NCBI GenBank assembly: GCA_012295275.1
Contig: CM022669.1
Span: 19,282,001-19,346,000 of the forward strand
DNA: 64,000 nt
Direction of reading: 5' to 3'
DNA from: Chrysomallon squamiferum
Taxonomy: Eukaryota; Animalia; Mollusca
Notes under the pieces: model-generated
Database searches by the model: none
What the model was told of the DNA's origin: nothing
Seen by the model: the letters and a program-made list of their open reading frames with translations, nothing else
Shown here: positions 35,911 through 48,712 of the stretch, one piece after another
How positions within the stretch are numbered: the stretch's first letter is position 1
Layout of the letters: every line of letters starts with the position of its first letter
Made by a program: the position numbers and the translations under genes

Positions 35911-38517
35911 GAGTCAGACAGACATAAAGAGATACAGATAGATATAGATGCAAAGTTTTTATTTCGTTGTTTTATCTATCTTTTTAAGGATTCTCACTGG
36001 TTCGTTTGACAAAACAGTGAAGATTTGGTCGATTGATGGGAAACTTGTACACAAACTTGACAACTTCATATCCAGTGTGTCTGGTGTGTGCTTTGTGCCA
36101 CTCAACACAACCATCTGGGTTGCAGGAGGCTTGTCTAATGCTGTTCTTTTTGACCCAAAGTCTGGAGAGAATGTACATATGATTTATAGTTACTACTGTA
36201 TATGGCAAATTGTGATGAAAAAATAATAATAATAATAATAACAGTAATAATAAGAATAAGAATAAGAATAAGAATAAGAAAATAAAAATAAATTAATAAA
36301 ATAAAATAAAATGAAGCAAAATGAAGTAAAATAAAATAAAATAAATAAAAATAATAAAAAATTAAATTTAATGAAGCAATAAGCAAACTTAATAAAGAAA
36401 TGAATAAATAAATTTAATAAATAAATAAATAAATGTATGAGTGACAGTAATTATTATTATAAATATTTATATTAAAACATTTTTATCTGGAGTTGTTCAG
36501 TGTAAACCATATTATGTTATACATCTCTATGGAGAAATAAAATGGTCTAATAAAAAAATATATATATATATATATGTAATGCTGATGTTTATTTTTTCAG
36601 GTTTCTGATTTCATTGGCACCTTCCAGACTCAGGAGGAAGAAAAATACGAACTTCAGTTGTTGAAGTTTTTCCCCGAAGTTAACCAAGTAATTGGTATGA
36701 AAAAATTGCCTTTAGTGAAAGAAAAAACGAAAAATATAAAACTTCAAAGAATACAAAAGAATTAAAAACTTTACAGTTTCCAAAACAAAAGAATAGTTAA
36801 GGATTTGTTGACATTGCCTTAATGATAACATGTTTCTGTTAATAGTTTTCATATACCAAGTGTGTGTTTCATTTTTTTTTCTTTTTTTTTTTTTGTATCT
36901 GTTTTAATATTGCAGCATCAACAAACAGAAGGAACATTATAGTGTGGAAGTACAACTCTTCGGGCTGTATAACAGCTGTGAAATACCGGACACCTCTCGA
37001 CTGTCTGTGTTACAGTGAGTACTTTGTCTGATATTTTAACAAATGAGTGTTTAGAATTTGGGTTAATTCTGTGTTTTACTCTGCTGTTATACTGGTTTGT
37101 TTTTATATTGCATTTGATTATTACATAAAAAACATGTTTTCACTGTCTCTGTTAAAGTTGTAGTTGCTTGAAAATAAAAATTAAAAAAATCTTTGTGTTT
37201 AATATGTTGACATTTAATGAATGAATGTTATTCAATATTGGCTTGTTTGTATGAGATAGCCCTTGATTGTCTGTTATAAATGAGTGTTTGATTGAAAATA
37301 GAAATCTTGTTCTCATATTTTATTTATTTATTTATTTGACAGTTTTAATGGGTGTTTGTCAGCATTGCTGAATCTACAGTTACAATGACTGACAGTTATC
37401 TGTGATGTAGTGAAAATGTGTTCATATTTCAGTGTTTTGACAAGAAAACTGATTTTATTGTTGCTCTGTTTCAGCTAAAAAGTTTCCAATCCTCATGTTC
37501 AGTGGGGACAATGACGGGGTAATAGTCAAGTGGGAAAGAATGCAATCTAACAATTTTATGTACAGGTAATTAATTAACCAATGTGTGGGATCAAGTGATT
37601 GGTTTGGTGTTTGTTTATGCATGTATGCATGCATGAGTAATGTGTGTGTATATGTATTTATACACATATGTACATTGTATGTGTGTGTATGTGTATTTAT
37701 ACACGTATGTACATTGTATGTGTGTGTATGTGTATTTATACACGTATGTACATTGTATGTGTGTGTATGCATTTATATTATTACTATTATCATCATCATC
37801 ATCATAATCATTACAAACATCATCATCATTAATATTATTTTTATCATTTCTGCTACTATTGCTCCAACTACTTCAACTATTACTACATCTACTACCACTA
37901 ATACCACTAATACTGTACTGCTTTCACTGGCACTAATTCTACTTCTATTTTTACTACTGCTACTACTAATACAATTGCTTCGACTCCTACTATTACTACT
38001 ACTCTTGCTGTACCTCTTCCTTGTCCTCCTTTTCCTCCTCCTCCTCCTGCCTACTACTGCTTTTCCAATTTTTAGAGAAAATGCATATCAAAATTTCCTT
38101 GATAAAACAATAATCTGCCTCAACCTCTTTTTACACCTTTACACAAAGAAGTTTACATTTGACACTTAACAACTTTCACTATTAACTTGTGTTTAGGTTT
38201 TGTCAGAAATTCATCTATTTATCCAAATGTTGTTTATTTTCCTCTTGTTTTTATTTTTTATTTTTTATTTTTTTACCCACAGCAAGGAGGTCTTTCTGCT
38301 GGGCGACTCTAAAGTGAAGAAACAGAAGAGAACAGGAAGCAAGGTCAGAGAGCTCATGTTAGAACAAGAGCTGAGATCAGAGACCTCCAGACTGGTGGCT
38401 TCTCGGATGTCAAAGCTAAACCAGCAGGTCACCAGTCAGTATGCATTCAACAAGTCAATCATACCTCCAGTAAGTTTACCTTGTGTTCACTTGTCACTTG
38501 AGTGTTGTTGTTTGTGT

Positions 38518-38587
<70 letters not shown>

Positions 38588-39144
38588 AAGTGTGTTTGTG
38601 TGTATGAGTGTGTGTGTGTATGTATTAGACTGTATATGTGAGTCTGAGTGAGTGTGTGAGTCTGTGTGAGGATGGGTGAGGTTTTGGGTGTATTTCTGTG
38701 TTTGAATGTGTGTGTGCTTTTGTGTGTATGTATATATATGTATATGTGACTGTGAGTAAGTGTGAGTGAGTGTGTTTGTGTATATATATATATGTGAGTG
38801 TGAGTATGTCTGAGTATTTTTTTTGTTTACCATATGACAGTGATGAAATGTAAAAAACAAAGTATGTAATGATGGACTGTGTGGCTTATATATGAGGTTC
38901 TAATTAAATGAAATTTGCTTTCACTGAGTGAAAACTTAACTGTAGACTGACACATTGTGTTTTACAAGTGTTTGTATTTTCTTCCAGGTCATCACAAATC
39001 ACCCAAACACTACAATTTTGAAGATTGTGTTTGTAGAGTCACTAGACTACATTCTGGCAGGCTCTGAAGATAGCAATATATGTGAGTTGTTAGAAACACA
39101 CAGACAAAAGTCTATGTTCTGTACTTCAGCTGTAAATGAGTATA

Positions 39145-39202
<58 letters not shown>

Positions 39203-40920
39203 CTTTTATGAAGAGATATTATTATGAGCAATACTTTCTTACTGATTTAAGACATTGGCTTTGTCCTCAGAGGGTTTGAATGCAGAGTGCAGTAAGACTG
39301 TAACTAAATATCCTTCAGTCCTAAGTAATAAAAAATCAAATGAAATTAATTGTTTTATTTTTAGTTCAGTGCTCTCAACAATAGTAGTTTCATACTTAGT
39401 GATTTAAGAACTAAACCAGCAATTACCCACTGAAAACAAGTATACATACATTTATATATAAATATAAATTACAAGTAATTTATCAAAGTAAATATTGTTC
39501 CATATGAAAAAGCTATATTTTTTGTCATTGCCCAAAAATAAATAATTTTAACTTGTCATTACAACTTTCCACTGTAACAGGTATACAGTATGATTATTAA
39601 TTAAAAACTTTGGTGTGTGCTGTCATGCAGGTTTGAGATGTTTGGTATATATTTTCAATTAACAATTAATATATTTTTTAAACACATGCATGTATATTTT
39701 ACATCAGGTGTTAATTGTCAATTAATTAATTATTTGGAAACTATGTATATTTGAGATGTATGATGTATATGTCAAATAAGTGGTGAGTTTTCCAAAAATT
39801 AATTATTTGGAAAATTTATGCATATTTTAAATAAGGAGGTTTTTTTCAATTTTTAATTTTTATTTTTTTTTTTTTTATTTTTTTCAAATATGTATATTTG
39901 AAATGTGTAGTATTTACAAACACTTTTTATGTTCATTATTAGTAATCTGTATATTTCAAATATGGAGTATTGTTTTTATTAGTAACTTCATTATTTGTAA
40001 ACAAGTATGATTTTAAAAAAATTGTTAATTATTTGTAAATGTGTATATTGGGGATGTGTGATATGTATTTGTAAATCTGTATGTTTCAAATATGTCACAT
40101 ATTTTTAATTAGTGAGTTAATTATATGTAAACATGTATATTTCAAATACAGTGTGTATTTTTAATTAGTGAGTTAATTATCTGGAAACCTGTATATTTCA
40201 AATATGGTGTATATTTTTAATTAGTAAGTTAATTATCTGTGAATGTGTATATTTAAAAAACGGTGTATATTTTTAATTAGTAAGTTAATTATCTCTAAAT
40301 GTGTATATTTCAAATACGGTGTATATTTTTAATTAGTAAGTTAATTATCTCTAAATGTGTATATTTCAAATACGATGTATATTTTTAATTAGTAAATTAA
40401 TTATCTGTGAATGTGTATATTTCAAATATGGTGTATATTTTTAATTAGTAAGTTAATTATCTCTAAATGTGTATATTTCAAATATGGTGTATTTTTTAAT
40501 TAGTAAGTTAATTATCTGTAAATGTGTATATTTCAAATACGGTGTATATTTTTAATTAGTAAGTTAATTATCTCTAAATGTGTATATTTCAAATACGGTG
40601 TATATTTTTAATTACTAAGTTAATTATCTGTAAACCTGTATGTTTCAGATGTGTGGGGGTTTGATGCTGCAGCAGTGGAGGTTCTGAAAAACATGAAACC
40701 ACATGACCTGCAGGAACATGTAGAAAAATACGCAGTTCTTTTAGATCCCACTTCTGAGTTACTGGAACCCAAAACCACAAAAGTGAGTCTTTGTGTGATA
40801 GGAGCCAAAATGCAAAAATGTCAATACTGTTGAAGTGGTTGTTAAAATTTAAAAATTTTAAAAAAAAAGGTAAAAAATAAATAAAGAACCCAGATAAATA
40901 AATAAATAATAACAGAAACA

Positions 40921-40957
<37 letters not shown>

Positions 40958-43900
40958 TACTGCAGTTCTTCAGAATATTAAATAAATGTCTTTCTTGAAA
41001 AAAAAAACATAAGATAAATCATGAACAAGATTTGTAATGACATCTGTAGAAATAAATTTTAAAACATTATGAATTTTATTGCATTTTTATCCTCTTTGTC
41101 TTTTGTATCCTTTATTCTACACAGTTAAAAATAAAATTCTGATTGTAACATATTTCTTCAAAACTCTCATACAAGTAAAGAAAACATAATTTTTAATATA
41201 GTTGTCTGTTTACAAATGAAAATTCACTTCTGTGAGAAAGAATACGTTGTTTAGTATGATTGTGCATTTTTGACTTCTTTGACAGGAGAGTGACTCTGTG
41301 ACCAATCGTGTGGCAGGTTTCATCTGTAAATACATCTTCTCTGAGCACCTGAGCAGTGTCACAAGTCTGGTTCTCATCGAGAGAGAGTATGGTTTCAACA
41401 AAACGTACATGGTAAGTTAAGAAATTAATTATCCAGAGATATCAATTTGAAAAAAAGTATGGTGATTGTTATTTTAAAAAGAAAACAACAAAAAAGTTGT
41501 ATTAAATATTTATTCACCACCTTCACAAATTTCATAATTATTATTTTTTTTTTTAATATAACAAAAAGATTTAGTGATTTTTTTTTTTAAAAAAGGAAAA
41601 ATAATTTACATTAAATATTTATTCAACACCTTTAAAAGTAAATTAATGATTATGTATATATATAAAAAATTAAAACATTATATTTTTAATGTTTTTCACA
41701 TCTTTGGACAGAATGTAAGCTAAGAAAGTTATAGATCCACTGACAAATGTGACCTCTACAACTTCCCATAGGTCATGACCTTGAAGTCTGTGGAATTTTA
41801 TAATTTCAGTGTTATTTTGTATTAGGTAAATGTTTTACAAATTCAACACTGGTTTGAGAATGATCAGAACTGAAGCTAGCTGAGATGAAATTTTAAAATG
41901 TTTTATTTTTGTTGTTTTGTAGCTGAGTGCTGGGTGGGACAGCAGAATCTGCATTTGGGACTTGGAGAGTGGAGAGTAAGTTTGTTTTATTTCTTGTTGT
42001 TATTGTTGTTGTTATTGTTTCTGTTGTTATTGTTGTTATTGTTATATTATTATTTGTTATATTATTATTGTTATTATTATTATTATGGTTGTTATTATTT
42101 ATTATAATAATAATAATAATAATAATTATTATTATTATTATTATTATTATCATTATTATTATTATTTATTATTATTGTGAACACCTTCTGATACACATAA
42201 AAATATGCAGTATGAGCTTTGTTAAACAGGTGTAGTGAGGAAAATTGATTTCACAATTAGTCATGCTCTGGCTGTTTCCTTATTGCATTATTGTTATTAT
42301 TGTTATTAGACGCTTTTTATTTTGTCATTGTTTTGTTTTTATTATTAGGGTTTCATTGTTTTTATTATTGTTATTGTTACCAGTATTTTATTTACTAACA
42401 GTAGTGAAATTATTGTTATTATTATTATTATTATTATTATCATCATCATTAGTAGTAGCAGTAGTACTAGTAGTAGTTAGAAATGATAATTGTTGTTGTT
42501 GTTGTTACAGTATATGACTTGTATTTCAGACTACATGACACATTTCGCAGTCCGATAGGACAGAGCTGTTTTGAACACATTGATCTCGCCTGTGATGGAG
42601 TGATCCTCGACATGGACTACTCCCCTGACAAGTAACATTTTATCACATCATATCAATATCGTATAATGTCATATATCATTATCTTATCATATATCAAGTT
42701 ATATTATATATCATGGTATACATCATAAATATCATATCATGTCATATATCATATTCTTATCATATATCAAGTTGTATTATATATCATGGTGTACATCATA
42801 AATATCATATATCAATATCATATCATGTCATATATCATTCTTATCATATATCAAGTTGTATTATATTTCATGGTATATATCATAAATATCATATATCAAA
42901 TTGTGTCCATATATCATTATACATCATAAAAATATATTATATCATATCATTATATATCATACATCATATATATCATTACACATCATAATTATACATCCCA
43001 CGATATTAAATATATGGAGCAGTGCACAGATAATTACAATTTTTTTTTAAAAATTGTGATTTAATTATTAATATATTAAAATGGAAAAGAAAGAAAGGAG
43101 AAAAGGAAAAATTGGTTAAAGAGATAGAATGATAAAACAGAATGAATATTCATTGTATGATTCTGCTTTCTGTTAGAGTTAATATCAACATCTGCTAAGT
43201 TTTTTGAGTTGGTAAAACAATTGAGAATGCTATTACTATATAAGCACAGATATTTTTGTTTTTTTTTATACTCTGGCTTTATTATAAAAGAGAGACATTC
43301 AACACAAATAAATTAACAGTAAAGGATACAGAAAACAGATGATTTAGCCATTACAAGTAAACATATAGTTGCATATGTAGATGTGACTCAAGGACTATTC
43401 AGAAACACTGTCACTCCAGGAATTTTAACTATTTACTGGTTCTTCAGTAGCCACTGGATGTTCTATGAGCCAATGTATTAAACTGAGAAAACTCTTTGAT
43501 ATAAACAAATGGGATTCATCTGGTGATGTATGATAAGAAATACAGCTAATACATATTTCAGAATATGCACCAAACACCCTCCTGTATATAGAACATTGCA
43601 ACTAATAATACTGTCTGACATTTCAGCAATGAGTTTGCCTATTCTTCAAGTGACAAGATGGTTTACATTAGGAAGTTCTCGCTGAATGGTTTAGAGATGG
43701 TTTTAGTCAGCACTCTTCTTGGACACGAAGGGGACATAACTTGTGTACAGTGGAACAGAACAACTAAAAAATGGGTCACAGGTTCGGAAGATGGCACAGT
43801 TAGGATTTGGGTAATATTTCTATTGTCTTCATTTAACTATTCATGGAAACCAGTTTGAATTGCTTATTTTGAAAATAGAAGTTTAATATAAAAAAAAGTA

Positions 43901-44170
43901 AAGAAAATAAAAATTAAAAAAAAATTCTGTCATTCCCAACAGAAAAATTATATAAAAATACAGTTAATTATGTCATTTTATGTGCATTTTACAGAGAGAG
44001 AGAGAGAGAGAGAGAGAGCGGGGGAAGAGAGAGGGGAAGGGGGAAGGGGAAAGAGAGAGAGAGAGAGAGAGAGCAGGGAAGAGAGAGAGAGGGGAAGAGA
44101 GAGGGGAAGAGGGGGAAGAGAGGGAAGGGGGAGAGAGAGGGGGAGAGAGAGAGGGGAGAAGGGGGAGAGA

Positions 44171-44243
<73 letters not shown>

Positions 44244-44634
44244 ATGAAGAAAATTATTACCATGTTGTTGAAAGAAATGACAAAGAATAGGATAGACAGA
44301 ATGAGGGACAGTGAAAGAGCAGGATAGAGAGAATGATGAACAGTACAAGTACATTTACCGGGAATATTTTCATGTGACTTTTAACTCAGGTGAAATGTGT
44401 TTCTGTGTGTTCCAGGCTGGTTCAGGTTTAAATGAGTGTGAGCAGGTGTTAGCTGTGAGGGGTGGGGTCTGCTGTCTCTGCATAGACAAAGTCAATGGTG
44501 CTATTATTGCTGGAGTTGAAGACTCCATCAAGTAAGTACAATTTATTTATTTATTCATTCATATATTTATTTATAATTACATTATTCCACTTTTATCAGC
44601 TAAATAATAAATCTGTTGTCTGTAGTACATACAT

Positions 44635-44667
<33 letters not shown>

Positions 44668-45291
44668 TATATAGATATATAGATATAGATAATAATATAT
44701 AGACACACACATACATCCAAATATTCTAATCGGTTAAAATTTACTTATTTTATTATTTTGTTTTAAATTATTCTGAAATATATAATACACTAAGTTATTT
44801 CTCTTTTTGATTATTTTACTTTTAATGTTAGTTTTCTCCAAACAAATCCAGTTTTAAGAATAAAATTAAACCAGATGTAGGTAATTTTTCTCTCTTTACA
44901 TTTGCATTGTGTGTGAATCAGAAACATATTCTTTAATTTCTTCTTTTTTTTATTCTTTTTTTCACCCAAATCCTATTAGTCAGAACAAAAATAATCTTGT
45001 TATTTTTAAAATTATATTTTCACAGTATTAAGAATAAAATTAAATGAGATAGAGGCTGTTATTGTTTATTGTTTCTGTTTGCAGGGTATATGAACCAGAA
45101 ATGTATCGACTAGTTCAGACTAATGTGGGTCATTCAGACTCTGTCAGATCTATTATTCATATTCCTGAACGAAACCAGGTAGAAACCTCCATCATTTATT
45201 TCTCATCTGACTGTCTTACTATTTCTATTCTTTCTTTCTTCTTCTTCTTCTTTATCTTTTTATATTTATTATTAGTAACAGTAGTATTAGC

Positions 45292-45326
<35 letters not shown>

Positions 45327-46057
45327 AAGTAGTAGTAGTAGTATGCCCAGAAAGATTTGAATTTCAAAAAAGATATTTTGAGAGGGTTTTTGTTTTTTGT
45401 TTTTAAATGTGTTTTCTAGATTTTGGGTGTGTATGTGTTTTTGAAGGTTGTTCTGTTTTGGATTGTTATTTTTTTCTTTATTTTCTTTTCTTTTTTTCTT
45501 TAACACTACTTTAATGTTGTAAGAATGTGGTAAATGATCATAAAAGAAATAATTATTATAATTTGTACATTTGTTTGTTTTTATTTATTTGTTTATTTAT
45601 TTATTTTATTTTATTTTATTTTATTTTATTTCTTTTCATTATTTCATTATTTCATTATTTTAATTCAATTCAGTTCAGTTCAGTTCAGTTCAGTTCAGTT
45701 CAGTTCAGTTCAGTTTATTTGTTTATTTATGTATTTATTTATTTACCTATTACCTGTTTTTCACAGTATGTCACCTGCTCGTGGGACAAAACATTCCGTG
45801 TGTGGAACGCGTGGAAACAACCTCGTCGAACACGACGTAAACAGTCGCACAAGGTAACAGACAAAGTCCCCTTAAACTACCAGGCCTTCGTCAACAGCGA
45901 GGAGGAGAAGAAGGATCCTGAGAAATCGGAGGGCAGCGAAGCTGGCGAAGGAGAAGCTGAAACTGAAGGTGAAGGCGAAACCGAAGAGATAGAGGAAGTA
46001 GTAAATCATATAGATTCTAAACCGCAAGACATCTACAACACAGAGGAAGATCACTGA
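32064..46057 (+). CDS. WD40-repeat (multi beta-propeller) protein, 21 exons, ~823 aa, acidic C-terminal tail
   Basis: Phase-consistent exons: 32064-32166, 32771-32861, 33310-33394, 33716-33812, 34559-34667, 35043-35111, 35371-35439, 35989-36172, 36601-36694, 36916-37014, 37475-37565, 38283-38469, 38988-39081, 40649-40782, 41286-41411, 41923-41975, 42530-42631, 43627-43810, 44416-44531, 45085-45178, 45767-46057 (2472 nt, open). Motifs: LTGSFDKTVKIW, GHEGDITCVQW..VTGSEDGTVRIW, GHSDSVRSI..VTCSWDKTFRVW, LSAGWDSRICIWD. Confidence 0.95.
39620..40648. repeat. 56-bp intronic minisatellite abutting the acceptor of WD40 exon 14
   Basis: About 10 well-conserved copies of CGGTGTATATTTTTAATTAGTAAGTTAATTATCTCTAAATGTGTATATTTCAAATA (40070-40648), with degenerate copies upstream. 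Confidence 0.92.
42640..42990. repeat. ATATCAT-rich tandem repeat in a WD40 intron
   Basis: Repeated ATATCAT / CATATATCAAGTTGTATTATATATCATGGT blocks. Confidence 0.85.
43993..44236. repeat. (GA)n / polypurine tract
   Basis: About 240-nt GA/GGGGA purine run. Confidence 0.95.
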
Positions 46058-47148
46058 AGGTGTTGTTCAAATAACGTTTTTTGTCTTCGTTTGTGTGTAT
46101 GGTCAGTTGGTCACTTTTATTCCACCTGCTAGGGTAATGGCTGTTTTTTTGACAAATGGATTATTAACAAACACTAAGCCAGCTGGAGCCACTGGCTAGT
46201 TATAATGTAAGTGGTCTGTTAGGAGAAAATGGTCAGTTACACAATGGAGGGTAGAACAGTTGGCTAGTTTGGTCAGATGTTTGCCTTGGTCTTTATGGCT
46301 AATTTGGACTGTTACTTTGGGTCAGTGGTCAGTTTGGATAACTGTCTGTTATGAATGAGAGGTCTTTTATAGAATGTCTGGGCTTTTTAATTTAACTGAG
46401 GCATTTTTAAGGAAACTGTAAAAACAAGAAAGATCACTTTTCACATAGTTACTTCAAATTTTATTTAATAGTAATGATAATCATATTAACTATAAATTCC
46501 TTTTTAAATTAAATATGTTTTTAAATGGGTAATATCTATTTATTAAATTGCTGTATTCTTTTTATTTATTTTATATATAAGTTTAAAAAAAAAGAAGTAA
46601 AGTAGATAAAAGAATGAACTTCATTTATACTCGGACAAAAATTGAAACATTTTTTATTTATTATTTTTATTTATGTATTTATTTATTTATTTATTTATTT
46701 ATTTATGTAAAAAAAAAATAAATAAAAAGAAGATAAAAGAAAGAACTTCATTTATACTCAGATCAAAATTAGTTCCTTTTTTTTCCAAATGTAATTTTAG
46801 TATTGAGATAATTAAAACAAAAGCTATGTCCTTCCATATAAATACATTTTTGTTGAAATAAGGCCACAGACTATGATGACAATGACAAGCCAATAAATGC
46901 TATAAAAAAAGGGGAAATGTGATTGAATAGTGTCAGTTATGATAATTGTTAATGCAAAAAACTAAAACTGAATTTTAGAGGTGTGTTGTTTGTTTGTTTG
47001 TTTGTTTATTGTTGTGGGTTGTTTTTCCTTATTTTGTCTGTAGAGCAATTCTTGTTACTGTGAATTTTCTAATTTATTTATATTTTCAAATTTTTTTATA
47101 TTTTGTTATTTACTTATTTATTTATTTATATATTTATTATTATTAATA

Positions 47149-47206
<58 letters not shown>

Positions 47207-48669
47207 GCATATGTGTTTCTGTGATAATTGAAATTTTTTTACCAAATTTACATGTGCCCTTTATATCCAAGTGCCGTTATTTAGAATTGCCAAAACTTTA
47301 TTTTGTCAAAGTCATTTCATACCTTGCACAACTTACTAATCCATGACAGCATCAAAGTTAAACTTCCTTACATCATGACAGTACTTCCCAAACAGTTATG
47401 TTTTTCATAGTAGAGATTTACTTGTTTTTATCGACATTAAATTTTTGTTGACAAAAACTGATTTTAAAAAATCATATAATGATGTATGTATATTTTATCT
47501 CCTTTGATATGTAAAACATTAGGACAAAAAATAGCATTAACAGCATTTTAATACCAATCATAAATTTTATGAAGTACTTATAAAAAAAAAATGTCCTAAA
47601 CTAAGGGGACCACTATTTCAAAACTTTTCTATGACAAACAATGGCATTAATGGCATTTTTAATATGATCAGAAACTTGATGAAACTATATTAAAACTATA
47701 TTAAAAACCAAGGGAACTCTATTTCAAAGTTTATCACTGAAAGGAACATGAAATCTTGAAGATTCTAAATAAAAAAGATTCCACATTTTCATATGTACAT
47801 TTGTATATAAAAGACAGACATAACATACCAATGTAAGGTTTATCTCTAGATAATTTTAGATTATATTTTAAATTTAGCAGTTTGTTTCTTACTAATGCTT
47901 GTCTGATAAAATAATTTTGTTTTGTGCAATGCATAGGATTGTTAAGAAAGATAAAGATTTGTAAATTTGCATACAAACGTTATGAACTATTTTTTATAAT
48001 ATCAGTTTCCTTTATTGTTGTACATTAAAATTTTAAAAAAAAAACAAACAAAAAAAAAAGGTTTGAATATTACTGTAATATGGCATTTCAGTGTACATTC
48101 TTTTCTTTTTTGAAATAATTCTTATAAAAAAAAATAAAAAAATGAAATTGTTGATCTTTGAATATCTTTTAAACATTGTGAGGTTTAAAAGATTTCGAGA
48201 CAATATCTTTTTTCAGACTTTTCCTGCCAGTTTTTAATAAAATCTTAATTCATTTACTAAAATAAACTTGTATAAATGTCTTTTTAACCTTATATATAAT
48301 ATGTATGGTATGTATGGAATGATGATCATTTTATCATTATTAAATGAAGGAAACTTACAAAGTAAATTTAAAAGAAACACATGTATATAATTTAAAAGAA
48401 AAATAATAAATAAAGCCATTTTTCCTAAAACTAAAAATATTCTGAAATCTTATGTAAAAATATAATGGACAGTGTCCTTCAAATTGTACCATGTCTGAGA
48501 ATGTATCTGAAAAGGACAAATGAAGATCCATATTGTCCAAGCATAATATAATCTTACCTTGCAAATTATGGAGAAATTTCAAGCACAAACCAACGACCTA
48601 AAAATAACAGGCTTTGTTTCTTTCTTTTAAAAGGGAAGACTAATGAATTTATTATTGTTGTTACTATTG

Positions 48670-48712
<43 letters not shown>

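Noticed and set aside
37455-38169. Long ORFs such as 37585-38169 (194 aa) and similar poly-I/L/Y/T, CV and ER ORFs across the window
   Set aside because: They are translations of intronic microsatellites and low-complexity tracts, not genes.
40070-40648. Regular 56-bp array as a possible CRISPR array
   Set aside because: No unique spacers, it lies in a eukaryotic intron, and there are no cas genes.
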